DNA of 63,758 nt, counting the filler, from Octopus bimaculoides (Eukaryota): NCBI RefSeq assembly GCF_001194135.2. It is 7 parts of 7 records of this genome, joined end to end, with 100 filler letters (N's around TTAATTAATTAA, not from the genome) between each part and the next. Parts side by side here need not be neighbours in the genome. Positions count along the whole stretch, not along the records: positions 1 to 27,426 come from NC_069000.1; 6 more parts are not named here. One strand, given 5' to 3'. The notes beneath the pieces are model-generated. The model did not search any database, had not been told where the DNA came from, and saw only the letters and a program-made list of their open reading frames with translations. Position numbers and translations under genes: made by a program. Positions 13,046 to 25,694 of the stretch are shown piece by piece. The stretch's first letter is position 1. Each line of letters opens with the position of its first letter.

Positions 13046-13493
13046 TACTGACAAGCAACTCTGCTGCTAACAAACCTTTTAGATGACACTATTTTTTTAT
13101 GTTTTGCAACATCATTGTCAGCACCTATACCACCAGCACCCTCTATTTAACAGGCCATCAATTGGATGAGTTGCTGGGATGGGAATGTTGCACCAGCTGT
13201 TATAATATATTCTCCAATACCTCTTAAGAATAAAACAAAAATTCTCAGAAGTTGAATATTAGTATCACTCCCTCCCAAGAGTAATGAAATGATTTACTAA
13301 TAAAAGACAGCAAAGTAGAGTAAAATAAACATTATTAGTGTATCAGTATTTCAGTCATCAGGTGACCACACCTTTGCACAAGTTGTTTATTTTTTTACTA
13401 ACGAGGAAAATGCTAATAATATATAATAATATTAATAATAATGATATTAAAAATAAAACAAGACATATATATATATATACAAGCTATGAAAAT

Positions 13494-13545
<52 letters not shown>

Positions 13546-13606
13546 TAAAAATAAGACACACACACACACATACATATGAAATAAAATATACACAGATACG
13601 TGCGTG

Positions 13607-13643
<37 letters not shown>

Positions 13644-14949
13644 TAAACACTTGCACACACATATGATATAGTAAGTGGGCTAATAGCCATTCTTTTATAC
13701 GAGCCATCAAATTTATGGGGTTAGCAAGCATTCACTAATCTTAGTTGACCTGCCTCCATACACATTCTCATCTAAGAAAGCATTGCTTTCATTTGACTAG
13801 CTTGCTTTTTCTTAAGATTCTCAGACATAGCATAACTACAGCTCTCTCTCTCTCCACATTCTGTAAAAATTCTTCTCACCAGACACAATTTGTGAATAAT
13901 ACAAAATAAGTTATTGTGACAGAATATTTTGAAATATCAGCCAAATTATTTGGCTGTCTTAGCCATTTTGATACCCACCCTCAAGCCCGTTTCTTCCTCT
14001 CTGATACAACACAGTCAATTTTAAAGCGCTTAGTTCTAAATTTAAACTTTCAGCCATAATTTTGGTGATGTTCCCAAGACCCAACTTAATACACCATTAA
14101 AAGAAAATGTTAGTTATTTTGCTGAATCCGACCAATTTGTTTTTATATCACTTTCAAAATTAATTGAAGCATACACTCTATATTTCCTTAGAAATACACT
14201 CACAAAATGAGTAACTGATTACCAGTCTCATACATTTAAACAAGCCATACATCACTGTACCAAGCAGGATGGTGCAGCAATAGGTAAAATTCATTTCATA
14301 GATCTCATCAAGTTCTTCAAGACACAGCTGAACTCTTTATCCTTGGCTTTTGCATGAAGTCATATATTCCTTAGAAACTGTACCTGCTTGGTAAGTGACT
14401 TGGTTTAATATTGCATTTTGAAACTGGAATATTGTGGAATATTGTGGGAGATGACTGCAGTGGATTTGTATCAGAGACCAGGTCACAAAAGTGCGATGAA
14501 GCTTACAACTTCCTAGTTTATGACAGTATTAAGTAATAAATGAGAGTATTTGTGTGGTATATATGCCTTGAAACAAATATGGATTTTTCATAATATTGAT
14601 TACAGTTTTGATTTAATTAGAATGCCTCTCCCTAATATATAACTGGTACTTTTATAGACTTGAATAAACACAGGGAAAATACAATCTCAGCAGAACTTGA
14701 GCTCAGTTTGTACGAAAAATGTAGAGAAATTAAACAAAAAATATTAAATATTATCCTCTGCTAACATTTAATAATTATTATATATTGCTTGAAAATAAAT
14801 CAAAAAATTTCTTAAATTTTTAGGAATTAAAATTATTATATGTAGGAATAAGAATAATAATGAATTATATATAAATTTTTCCTTTCTATTTCCTACATTA
14901 CAACAAAAAAAATAAATAAATCTTATTGGCTCTTATTGGATTACATTAC

Positions 14950-15422
14950 TATTTTACTCTTTTAATTGTATTAGTCATTTTGACTGTGGCCATGCAGGAG
15001 CACCACCTTTAGTCAAGCAAATCGACTCCAGGACTTATTCTTTGTAAACCTAGTACTTACTATTTTGCTGAACCGCTAAGTTACAGGGATGTAAACACAC
15101 CAGCATCGGTTGTCAAGCGATGTTGGGGGGACAAACACAGACACACAAACATGTACACATACNNNNNNNNNNACACACCAGCATCGGTTGTCAAGCGATG
15201 TTGGGGGGACAAACACAGACACACAAACATGTACACATACATATATATATATACATATATACGATGGGCTTCTTTCAGTTTCCGTCTATAAAATCCACTC
15301 ACAAGGCTTTGGTTGGCCCGAGGCTATAGTAGAAGACACTTGCCCAAGGTGCCACGCTGTGGGACTGAAACCAGAACCATGTGGTTGGTAAGCAAGCTAC
15401 TTACCACACAGCCACTCCTACA
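14950..15422 (-). mobile_element. SINE family B (tRNA-like head, CORE-like block, internal TA/TG microsatellite)
   Basis: Head GGAGTGGCTGTGTGGTAAG, GGCACCTTGGGCAAGTGTC block and 3' CAGCATGGCC..TAAAAGA on the minus strand. Confidence 0.9.
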
Positions 15423-15999
15423 CCTACGTTAGTAGTAATTATACAGTGGACACTGAAAATTGCAAATGTAACAGATTCACATTAATGAAGGTTAAGTATA
15501 AACCAGTATATCAATATGTCAGTTAAATAATTGATGTAGATTTTGTGGAAAATGCACAAATATGTTTTGTGTTTTAGAAAGTCAATCAAATAATGTGTGT
15601 AGCAAATGTCCATGTCAATGGAAATATTCTATATTTTAGAGTAATGTGTGCAATGAGATCATTGACTTCAGCTAAGAGTGCATGGTTTTGAACTTTTAAA
15701 AGTTATTACGAAAGGAAAACGGTTCCTTACTCTGTTTAAAGTGCCTTGTGATTTAATATAATAGATCTTGAACTGTCAGGGCTGAAAATACACACACATA
15801 CACATGTACACACGCACACACACATGAAATGAGAGAAAGAAAGAAAAAAACATCTCAACCATGTGTTGGAATATATCTTTCCTTGCTTAATATAGCAAAA
15901 TATTGGCTCAACAGACTACAAGTTACATATGACAATGGCGAATTTAAACTGGTCATATGTTCTATTTAATAAACAATAATAACAATGATGATAATAATT

Positions 16000-16500
16000 G
16001 GAAGTAAAGGTTGCTGGCTCTGGTTAACAGAGGAGAACTTGAAACAAGAGACAGAAACACTAATTATTATAGCTGCTCAGGAACAAGCCCTTATAATGGC
16101 TTCAAAACAACAGAAAAGTGGTATGAACATAAACAAGAGGCTGTGATAGAAAAGATCTTGTAAAGACTGACCATACAATTGAGGCATGATTATAGAGGAC
16201 AAACTAAACAAACAGTGTAAGATTGTAGACTTCCCAATTCCCTATGAGAGTAGAGTCGATAGCAGAGAAATTGAAAAACTCCAGAAATTATCAGGATATA
16301 TCCAGAAAGTTGAGGAGACTGTGGAAGAGGATGACAAACAGTAGTAATTGGTGTACTTGGCACAATATGCAAAATGTTACCTAAATGTTGATCTGCACAA
16401 AAGTACCATCCTATATTCTGCAAGGATCCAAAGGAAGATTCTTGAGATTTGGGGAGACATGTGACCAAGCATCAAACTAAAATACCTAACTAAGCTAGCA
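16000..16500 (+). mobile_element. R4/Dong-type LINE 3' fragment, degenerate
   Basis: WLTEEN..ETETL..IAAQEQA motif and REL-endonuclease remnants; ends in a (TAA/CAA)n tail. Confidence 0.65.
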
Positions 16501-16545
16501 TGCACTAGTATAATAATAATAACAACAACAACAACAACAATAACA

Positions 16546-18570
16546 ATCTGCTTCCAGTAGAACAAAAGGGATATGTAAAAGGACCCAAGGGCATCAGGGA
16601 CCACCTTGTGATAGACAAGGTTGTAATGAAGAACTGCAAATGGTACCAAAAAAACTTGTGTATGACCTGAATAGACTTCAAAAAGGCTTATGACATGTCA
16701 CATTCATGGATTCTGGAAACACTCAACATGTGTGGAATAGCTGAGAATGTGTGTGCACTGATTAAGAACAGCATTCCTAGCTGGAAACATGTCTTTTCTG
16801 TAACAACCATCACTCAGCAGAGGTATTTTCCAGGGAAATTCTTGTTCACCTTTGTTATTTATTACAACCTTGATCCCACCTTCTGTAGTTCTATGCAAAG
16901 TCAACATGTGTTATGAGCTGAGAAAGAATGGACCTCATCTCAACCACCTTTTCTTTATGGATGATTTAAAGCTGTTCACAAAAGTAGAGGCTGGTTGAGA
17001 CTGCAGATGTACAGCAAGGATATAAGGATGGAATTCGGTATCTCAATGAGTACAATGCTCACTTTGAAACAGAGGTGAAGAGCAGATTGTAGGGGCATAA
17101 GATTGCTAGAGAGCAAATGGAACCCCTGAATGATGATGTGTACAAGTACCTTGGGATCCTGGAGCTGGACAATATCTTGCACAGAGAAATGAAAGACACG
17201 AAAGAAATGAAGTGCCTCAAACTTCTCTTGAAGTCAAAACTCAATGCAAGGAAACTTGTGACTACCATCAACATATGGGCTGTTACAGTAGTCCGCTATA
17301 GTGTACCCATTCTGAAATGGACACAAGCGGAGACTAACCAACTCAATTGCACCACCCAAAAAGCAATGACAATGCATGGTGCCCTAAGGCTAATGTACAC
17401 AGGCTCTACATGAAGAGGTGTAAAGGTGGACATGGGCTGACTAGCATATGGGAGCACATCAACAGTAAAAGAAGAAACATGGCAGAGTATTTCGTAAACA
17501 GAAAACAAGACTTGCTACTGTATGCTGTTAATGCAGAAGGATTTACCAACAATGGACTTGAGAGTGTTAATAGATTCTGATCAAGAATAGCCAACAAGAG
17601 AGAAGAAACTCTATTCTGCATGGAGTTACATGGCCAGTTCCACCATGAAGCTAATGGATTCTGATCAAGAATAGCCAACAAGAGAGAAGAAACTCTATTC
17701 TGCATGGAATTACATGGCCAATTCCACCATGAAGCTAACAACTTAAAAGACCAGGAAGTATCATGGAGGTGGCTCAGCAAGGGTAACCTTAAAAAGAAGA
17801 CTGAAAGCTGCCCAGAATCATTGCTGCTAGGATTAGGCATTGGATACCTACTCGGTGAAAAGGGATATATACCACACAAGTGCAATGAACTTCTGCAGAA
17901 TGTGTGCGAGAAGGGTCGAAGATGTGACTCACATTGTTAGTGCTTGTAAAAGTCTTGTGCAGAAAGAGTACAAATACAGACACAATAAGGAAACCTAAAA
18001 CTTTCACTGGCTACTATGCTGGAAGTATTGATATGAGGTAAAGGTAATAGATAAAAATAGATGAAATAGGGAAGGCAGAGATCCTCTGAGACTTTGACTC
18101 CCAGACATACAAAGTGCTGGAGCACCAAAGACCAGATATAACCTTTAGGTGGGACAAACAAGAGTGCCTAATAATCAATATGGCAGTACCAGGAGAACAA
18201 CATATTATCATGAAAGAAAGAGAAAAGACTGATAAATATGGAGACCTGAGAATTGAGATCGCCAAGATGTGGCAGCTATGAGAGTAAAACATAAAGGTTG
18301 TCCCTGTAGTCATCAGAACATTGGGTTCAATACCACCCACCATGAAGAAACATCTTGAAAACCTTAGAAATACCCTACAATCTTGGTGTTTTGCAAAAAT
18401 CAGCTTTACTTGGAACTACACGCATAGTGTGTAAAGTACTGTCTGTCTGAGGTCCCTGTTGTGACTTGACAGACAGTGCAAACCCCTAGTTGACACAATA
18501 TCTTCAATCAACAACATCACGATATTGGATACTGTGTGACATCTTCTATAATAATAATAATTATTATTAT
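16546..18570 (+). mobile_element. R4/Dong-type LINE, 5'-truncated (RT, CCHC, REL endonuclease, 3' UTR, TAA tail)
   Basis: IDFKKAYDMSHSWILETL, FMDDLKLF (~16955), YKYLGILELDNI, HGQFH, WLSKGNLKKKTES, KYGDLRIEIAKMW, LQKSALLGT; multiple stops and frameshifts. Confidence 0.9.
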
Positions 18571-18572
18571 AG

Positions 18573-18835
18573 TTGTTGTTGTTGTTTTACTTCTCAGAGT
18601 GCTCAGTCTTATTTGCTCTGGTTGATTCTCTGAGAGTGGACAGCAGCCTGTTGTCAGAGGTTTCACACGATCACTTTCTACACATTCTAAGCTTTGATAA
18701 TTGGTTATTAATCATTGTGGAAGACATTCAACACCCAAGAACCAATCTCAAAATCCTAGCTTTCCCCAGCAGAGCAGTTTTTTGGATTTGTTCTGCTCTC
18801 ATGTCAATTCCAATTTCTCTGACAAATTTTTAGCT
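18573..18835 (-). mobile_element. Second R4/Dong-type family, 3' end in the opposite orientation
   Basis: Minus strand reads KFVREIGIDMRAEQIQKTALLGKARILRLVLGC*, then a 3' UTR and an (AAC)n(AAT)n tail. Confidence 0.8.
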
Positions 18836-19005
18836 GTTAAAATTTGTGGTGGTTTTATTTCCCCCCTCTTACCTTCTTCTGCCCAATGTAAATCAATCAC
18901 CATGGGGTCCAATTTAGATATACTACCAAAATAAATGCACTATTTTATATTTTGAGTATTGTTGCACTTTAATAGAGTTGTATCTCTATGAAGTCAATCT
19001 TAGAT

Positions 19006-19257
19006 CAGTGCTTCCCAAAGTGGGTGGTATTGCCCTGTTGGGAGTATTGAAGAAACGTGGGGTGATAATGGGGTAGCAATTCATGTAGAAACAATAAAAT
19101 AATGGGTTCATTAGGTTAAGTTTTGTGAAATACAGTTGCTTTGAATTAGCTTCAGAAAGAAGTCTATGTTTGTGATGATTAGTTAGAGGGTGGGGGCACA
19201 AGGAATGTGGCCTGGGTGTCAAGGGGGCAGCAGCCCCAAAAAGTTTGGGAACCACTA
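19006..19257. mobile_element. hAT-type MITE
   Basis: TIRs CAGTGCTTCCCAAA and TTTGGGAACCACTA; 8-bp TSD TCTTAGAT (18998-19005) and TCTTAGAC (19258-19265). Confidence 0.85.
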
Positions 19258-19284
19258 TCTTAGACAATCTTCTATCTGTTACTT

Positions 19285-19612
19285 GTTTTAGTCATTAGAC
19301 TGTAGCCATGCTGGAGCACTGCCTTAAAGAAATTTAGTTAGATGAATTGACACCAGTACTTATTCTATCTTTTGCTGAACTGCTAAGTTATGGGGATGTA
19401 AACACACCAACACTGGTTGTCAAGGGGTGGGGACAAACAGACACAAACACATACACACATATATATATATATATACATATGACAGTTTCTGTCTACCAAA
19501 TCCACTCAATCTGAGGCTATAGTAGAAGACACTTGCTCATGGTACCATGCAATAGGATTGAACCCAGAACCACATGTATGGGAAGCAAATTTCTTACGCA
19601 CAACCACTGAGT
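19285..19612 (-). mobile_element. SINE family B, degenerate
   Basis: Matches family-B blocks with many CpG>TpG/CpA changes. Confidence 0.8.
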
Positions 19613-19759
19613 AATATTATGATACACTGATGTAGATTTATTTGTTACTGAAATGAAAATGTAACAAAAGTTACAAAAGTAGAAAGTTAAAATAAAAACA
19701 AACAAAAATTCAGTTTGACAGGGTTACACTCGACAAATTTTTATATTATTTTATATCAT

Positions 19760-20640
19760 CTATTATTGCTGTTATTGCTGCTGCTGCTGCTGTTACTACT
19801 GTTTCTGTGTTTGCTGTTGTTGTTGTTTAGCTCCAAATCATCCCTTATCTAACAGTATCATTGTAACAGATGCTCCAGTCATGACCATCTGATTGAGTTT
19901 AGTCATAACGGACCCAGGATATTATCATGGTAACAGTGGTCATGGTAATGGCAATGGTGGTCATGGTGATGGTAAATTTGGTGCCAGTAGCTGTGGTAGT
20001 GTTCATGGTTGTTGTGGCAATGAGGTGACAGTGGTGAGGATAATGCTGCTGTTAGTGCTGCAGTTGATTGCGTGACAACAGTGGAGAGGGTGATAAAGAT
20101 GATGATGGTAGTAGTGATGGCAGCTGCAAGACTATGATGTGCATGATGATAATGATTGTGGTGGTGGTTGTGATGGTGTAATGGTGGAGGTAGTCGTAGT
20201 GGAAACTTTGATGAGAACAACAATGATGAGGAGGATGGTTACACTGATGATGATGACAGTGGTGGTGATGGTGATGATGATGATTAGAAGGAAGATTAGG
20301 AGGAGACAGAAGACTGAAAATGTTAAGTCTAGATAATACCTGTCCAAAGAAAGATAGAAATAAAGCTAAACATTAAAATATAGAGCAAAGTGGGGACTGA
20401 CTGAAATAAAAACATATAAACCAAGAAACACACACACACACACACACAATGTTTTTATCAGGACAAATTGGATTTTATAATTTTCAATTAACAATCATCC
20501 TTTGCACTGACATCACGATTGTCATCACTATGACAATCCTCATCTTCATCTTCACCATCATTATCCTTATCATCATATCCCTGTCTTCATCATTCACTAC
20601 AGCTGCCATTATCCATTTACATCACATGCCCATACTGCAA
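19760..20640. repeat. Low-complexity trinucleotide mosaic (GGT/GAT, then CAT)
   Basis: Directly visible; explains the His/Met/Val-rich spurious ORFs. Confidence 0.85.
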
Positions 20641-21019
20641 TCATTTCTCTTACAAACTGCATCTAATTTCTCTTAAACAGCTTTCCTCACATGTCATTTG
20701 TATTGTGTCATTCATTCACACTGACATTACACATCCAGTGGTGTATACTCCCCTCATCTTTTTTCTAGCCTTCATAAATTCTCTGCAATCAGACTGCAGT
20801 ACTATGTAGCACTGCACTTTGCATACAAGCATTATTCACTCTGTTTTTCACTCGAGGGAGAAGCCTATTGTTTCCAACAGAGGCAATAGGTCATTAACTT
20901 TTTTTATATCCCATTCTCAGTCAGGTTACTATTCTTTCAGAGTACACACCCTAATTAAATCACTTGGATAAAAAAAAAAAAAGGGAAAATTATTGACTAC
21001 GCTTATGAAACACTCTGAG

Positions 21020-22760
21020 CTGTTGAGAGAATCTATTTCCCAGATGCCCTCCATGTTTAATACACTTGTGTACTACCAAATGTGAAGGCTACTTTTGCAG
21101 TTAGCCCACCCCACAACACCTTTTTTACAGCCATTGTTTACAATAGCCACATTATATGTGAAGTTTCTACATACTGTAGTTTCCTGTATACTGGGAAGAG
21201 TAACTTCCCTGGTAGCAGCAATGTTCTATCACCTTCCCTACATAGTTTAACTTTTGTCTTGACTAAGTTTTATTTAAGACCCTTCAATTCTAGGTTTTGC
21301 TTCCATGCTTGGAATTTCTTCCATGAACATTCAATAGATTTTGTTAAAAGAACAATGTCATCAGCATACAGGAATTCTCTTGGACAGTCAATCCTAAATT
21401 TCTTTGTTATAGCGTGGAGAACTATAACAAACAGGTGAGGACCAAGTACTGAGATTTGAAGAATCCCTACCTGCATGTTAAATCCGTGACTGTACACCAT
21501 TTTTAACTTTCACCTCATTGTAAATAGCTGAGACAACCTTCATGAACCATTGATCTACCCCTAGGTTCCTTAGCAACCACTAGATGGAAGAGTAAGGGAC
21601 TTTGTTGAAAGCTTTCTTCGTGTAGAGACTTATTTCTAACTAAGTATTGCTCTTGTTTCACTAGGAAGATGGTATCGGTAGTACCCCTTCCTAGTACAAA
21701 GCCAAACAGTATCTCACCAAGGCCAATCTTCTTCCTAATCAATTTTACACTAACTCTTTCGGTAACTTTCATGACCCACTTCAGTAACTTGATGCCTCTG
21801 TAATTTCCTCTCTCTAGTACATCTCTTTTGCCTTTGTAACAATTTATGATAATGGAACCATCTATTTTTTCCAGTTTTATATCTTTAATCACCCTGTCTA
21901 CTATACAGATGTTTAACTTGAATGGGTGATCTTTCTGTTGGTTTACTTGATGTTTTTCCATGCATTTCCTCGTTTCAGTAGCCTATCATAGCAGCACTTT
22001 CATGTAACTTTCTTTTCGACTTTAGTGAAAGCAAGTGTACTCTCATTTCCCAAAGATATCTCAATTCTTTTTATTATAGAGTCTTGCCATTCTGAACAGC
22101 TTGCATCTCTAATCTTCATGCCACAGAATGTGCCCAAACACCTTTCTTTCCTCCTTTTCCTTTGCAAAGTATACCTGATTCTTTACTTCTCTTCTCATGA
22201 TAATATATTTTTCTTTGCTACCCATTTTCCCCACTTACCTGGACCTGTCTCTTATCCTTTATAACCCTCACTACAACACAATCCCACCACAAACTCCTTC
22301 TTTTATCAGGTTAAGGCCTCACACCATCCACATATTTGGTTTGTGGCCTTCAACATGTTATTCCACAGAAGCACCAAGATTTTCTCACTACATCTCTACA
22401 CCTTCTTCCCTCTTGTCAAATGCTTCAAGTAGTACTTTTCTGTACCTCTGAATGTTTGGTGGCTCTTTAAGCTTCCTTTTGTCAAACTGTCTTGAAATTC
22501 TAACTCCATCTGGTTTTAATTCTGGTTGGAACAGTTTTCATCAAGGTAACTCTTAGCATTCACTACAATTTGTCTATCACATTTTCTGATGAGAATGCAG
22601 TCTATCTGCTTTTGTGTTCACTTGATTCATAGGTAATTAGATGGCTGGCCAGTTTCCTGAAACTAATGTTGCAACTGGTTTGGTCATTTGATTTGCAAAA
22701 TTCCAGGAGCCTTAGTCCCTTCACATTCTTTGTACTATACCCACAGCCTCTACCATATTT
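21020..22760 (-). mobile_element. RTE-clade LINE RT fragment
   Basis: CYKGKRDVLERGNYRGIKLL, FGFVLGRGTTDTIF and FLYADDIVLL in minus-strand ORFs 21515-21961 and 21270-21500. Confidence 0.9.
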
Positions 22761-22839
22761 TAGTTAATGTGTTTTATTGTACTTCATTATAGTCATTTAC
22801 ATTCAAGCATGTGTGCATGCAAGTATGTATATATGTATG

Positions 22840-22894
<55 letters not shown>

Positions 22895-23709
22895 CTGTGT
22901 GTGTGTGTCTGTGTGTGTGTGCATATGTGATTGTGTACCTTAAAAATTTTTAATACATCTTTCCAAATACTGTATATATCTCATACCACTCCCCTTCATT
23001 TTTGTAACTGTTTTTCACTCTTGATAACCCCTGGTTAAAGTTTAATTTCTTTTCTTTTGTATTATTCAAGCTCTTGTGGCTAATAAAGAAAAAAATGATT
23101 GTTGTTGTTGTTGATACTACTGCTACTTTTGTTGTTGATGTTGCTGTTTACTACGAAAAGTCATGTTTCTCTGAGTTCTATTTATAAGGAGATTTCTTCC
23201 AGGATCATTTTATGGAATGATAATTTTTTTTTTTGTTCATTCTATTTACTTACAAAGATGTTTAGAATGTGTCCTAATACCTGGCTGGAAAAGCAAGTGT
23301 GTCCTTTAATATTTTGGTGTGTTCATATAATTTTGCAAATATCCATTAACTTTGTTCACAATTTGTTATAACTGACTCTGTGTTTATAGGGGTTAGTGCC
23401 TGCCATACTGGGAGCAGAGAGGAGATCAATCAGACAGGTAGTGGTACACCACAGAGAGCTCACTTACTACAAGAGTGGAAGAAAGGACCACATCAGGATC
23501 TATTGACAAGAAAAAGAAAAACAAAAGAAGAAAAAGAAAGCAGTTGATGACCATAGCTGCTGCCTCCTGTCAAAATATTACCAATCAGAATTCTAAGAAT
23601 AGCTAGGGTGGAAGTAAAGACAAATAGGATCGCCTCATCTTCAGTGCACAAGCATGAGGAGCTGACAAAATAGGGAAATTGAGATAAGAAGTCTTCCTTT
23701 CCAGCAGAC

Positions 23710-23820
23710 AAGGCCAGAGGTGCAACTCTTTGGCTTGTCAGCTCCAGTCAAACTGTTCAACCCATGCCAGCATGGAAAACAGATATTAAAGGATGATGAT
23801 GTTGAGGATGATGAAGATGC
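23710..23820 (+). mobile_element. RTE-like 3' terminus with (GAT)n tail
   Basis: GTCAAACTGTTCAACCCATGCCAGCATGGAAAAC..GATGATGATG. Confidence 0.55.
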
Positions 23821-24379
23821 ACTAAATTTTAAGTTATTTTAATCCCAGCCCTATTTATCCAGTGCCTCCATGTCTTGCAAGGTTTTGAATGATTTGCACC
23901 GGGAAAGTTCCTCTTCAAGGTACAAGTGTGGGCAAGATTCTTTTTTAAGGAAGGTCAGCAGTTGCTATTGCAAGCAAACCTCTCCATGCCACTGATATTA
24001 AAGGAACAGGTAGGGGCCGAATCAACTTGGCACCAGTGTTGTCAGAGATGTTGTTCTAAGAATGTAGAGAATTAGAATAGATATTGCTAGGCACTTCATC
24101 TGAAATTCTAATAATTTTACCAATCTACTACCCAAGATTTGTATTTATTTTATAACAACAGAAAGATGAAAGATGATGTTTACCTCAGTGGAATCAGAAC
24201 TCAAAATGGAGTGAATCAAAACAAACATTGCTGACGATTGTAATAATTCACTGCCTTGGCTCCATTTATTATATACATGGTTTTAATCCCTTTGTATAAC
24301 ATGTTTGTGCTACATGTTTGGGCCCTTGTGGTATTTAAAGAAATTATTATCATTATTAATCTTGTTATTGTTGTTGTTG

Positions 24380-24446
<67 letters not shown>

Positions 24447-24451
<5 letters not shown>

Positions 24452-24830
24452 TGAGTTCAAATTCCACTGTGGTTGATTTTGCCTTTCATCCTTTTGGGGT
24501 CGATAAAATAAGTACCAGTTGTGCACTGGGGGCGATGTAATCAACTAAACCACTCTCTCAAACTTGCTGGCCATGTACCAAAATTTGAAACCATTATTAT
24601 TATTATTATTCAGCGAGCTGGCAGAATCGTTAGCAGGCCGGGCAAAATGCTTAGCGGTATTTCGCCTGTCGCTATGTTCTGAGTTCAAATTCTGCAGAGG
24701 TCAACTTCTGCCTTTCATTCTTTCAGGGTCAATAAATTAAGTACTAGTGAAACACTGGGGTCGATGTAATCGACTAGTCCCTTCCTCAAAAATTTCACAC
24801 CCTGTGTCTAGAGTAGAAAGGATTATTATT
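24447..24830 (+). mobile_element. Two tandem SINE family A copies joined by an (ATT)n tract
   Basis: 5'-truncated copy 24447-24592 follows long (ATT)n; near-full copy 24611-24830 follows the first copy's tail. Confidence 0.9.
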
Positions 24831-24863
<33 letters not shown>

Positions 24864-25417
24864 ATAGACACTAGCCATCATATTTACAGGGTAGATAAAA
24901 AAGGGAATCTGGAGGAGATAGACATTGTAAGGGCATTTATGCCTTTCCTTATAACAACTTTTAATGTTTACATTGCAAATACAAAAACAAACAAAAAAGC
25001 TAATTATTTATGATTAAACAAACAAAAAACATGATTAAGTAAAAATACAATTAAGAAAAAGCAAGAAATAAAGAAAGTGAAATAAGAAGCCAACAAAGTG
25101 AAGAAAACCTGAAATTAGATAGAGTGAGAAAAAATAAGGAGAGAATTAGAAATAACTCAGTGAATGACAGACAACTAATCATGAGGTGCTATCAAATTAC
25201 AACTAATCAGATTATCTTGTGAACATTTCTGTAATTAAAACCTGGGATTATCACAACGTAAGAAGGAAGAAGAAGAAGATATTTTTTTTAAATATTTTTA
25301 TAAATATTAAGATTTCACAAATGCACTCACACATACATACACACACATACTCACACACACACACACACACGCATCCATGTATGTGTGTGTGCATGCATGT
25401 ATGTATATGTGAGTGCA

Positions 25418-25456
<39 letters not shown>

Positions 25457-25489
25457 GTGTACGTATTGCATTCATCAGATGTGTCAGTT

Positions 25490-25690
25490 TACTCTTTTAC
25501 GTGTTTCAGTTGTTGGACTGCAGCCATGCTAGGAGCATCACCTAGTAGGATTAGTCAAAGAAACCATAGTCTCTTTTGCCAAACAGCTAAGTTACAGCAA
25601 TATAAACAAACCAGCACTGATAGTCAAGTGTTGCGGGGAGGGGACCCAAATACAATGACACACAAACACACACACACATGTATATATGGA
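25490..25690 (-). mobile_element. SINE family B 3' part
   Basis: TTTTACGTGTTTCAG..GCCATGCTAGGAGC..GGGGACCCAAATAC blocks. Confidence 0.7.
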
Positions 25691-25694
25691 TATA

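Noticed and set aside
14302-14390. Plus-strand segment with TTTCATAG acceptor and GTAAGT donor
   Set aside because: Stops in all three frames and no supporting neighbour; could still be a UTR exon.
15093-15240. Exact ~70-bp duplication across a 10-N gap in a SINE
   Set aside because: Typical unmerged contig overlap.
23600-23650. Second CTGAAGATGAGG..CCT hammerhead-like start on the minus strand
   Set aside because: No GAAA, stem III or stem I partner follows.
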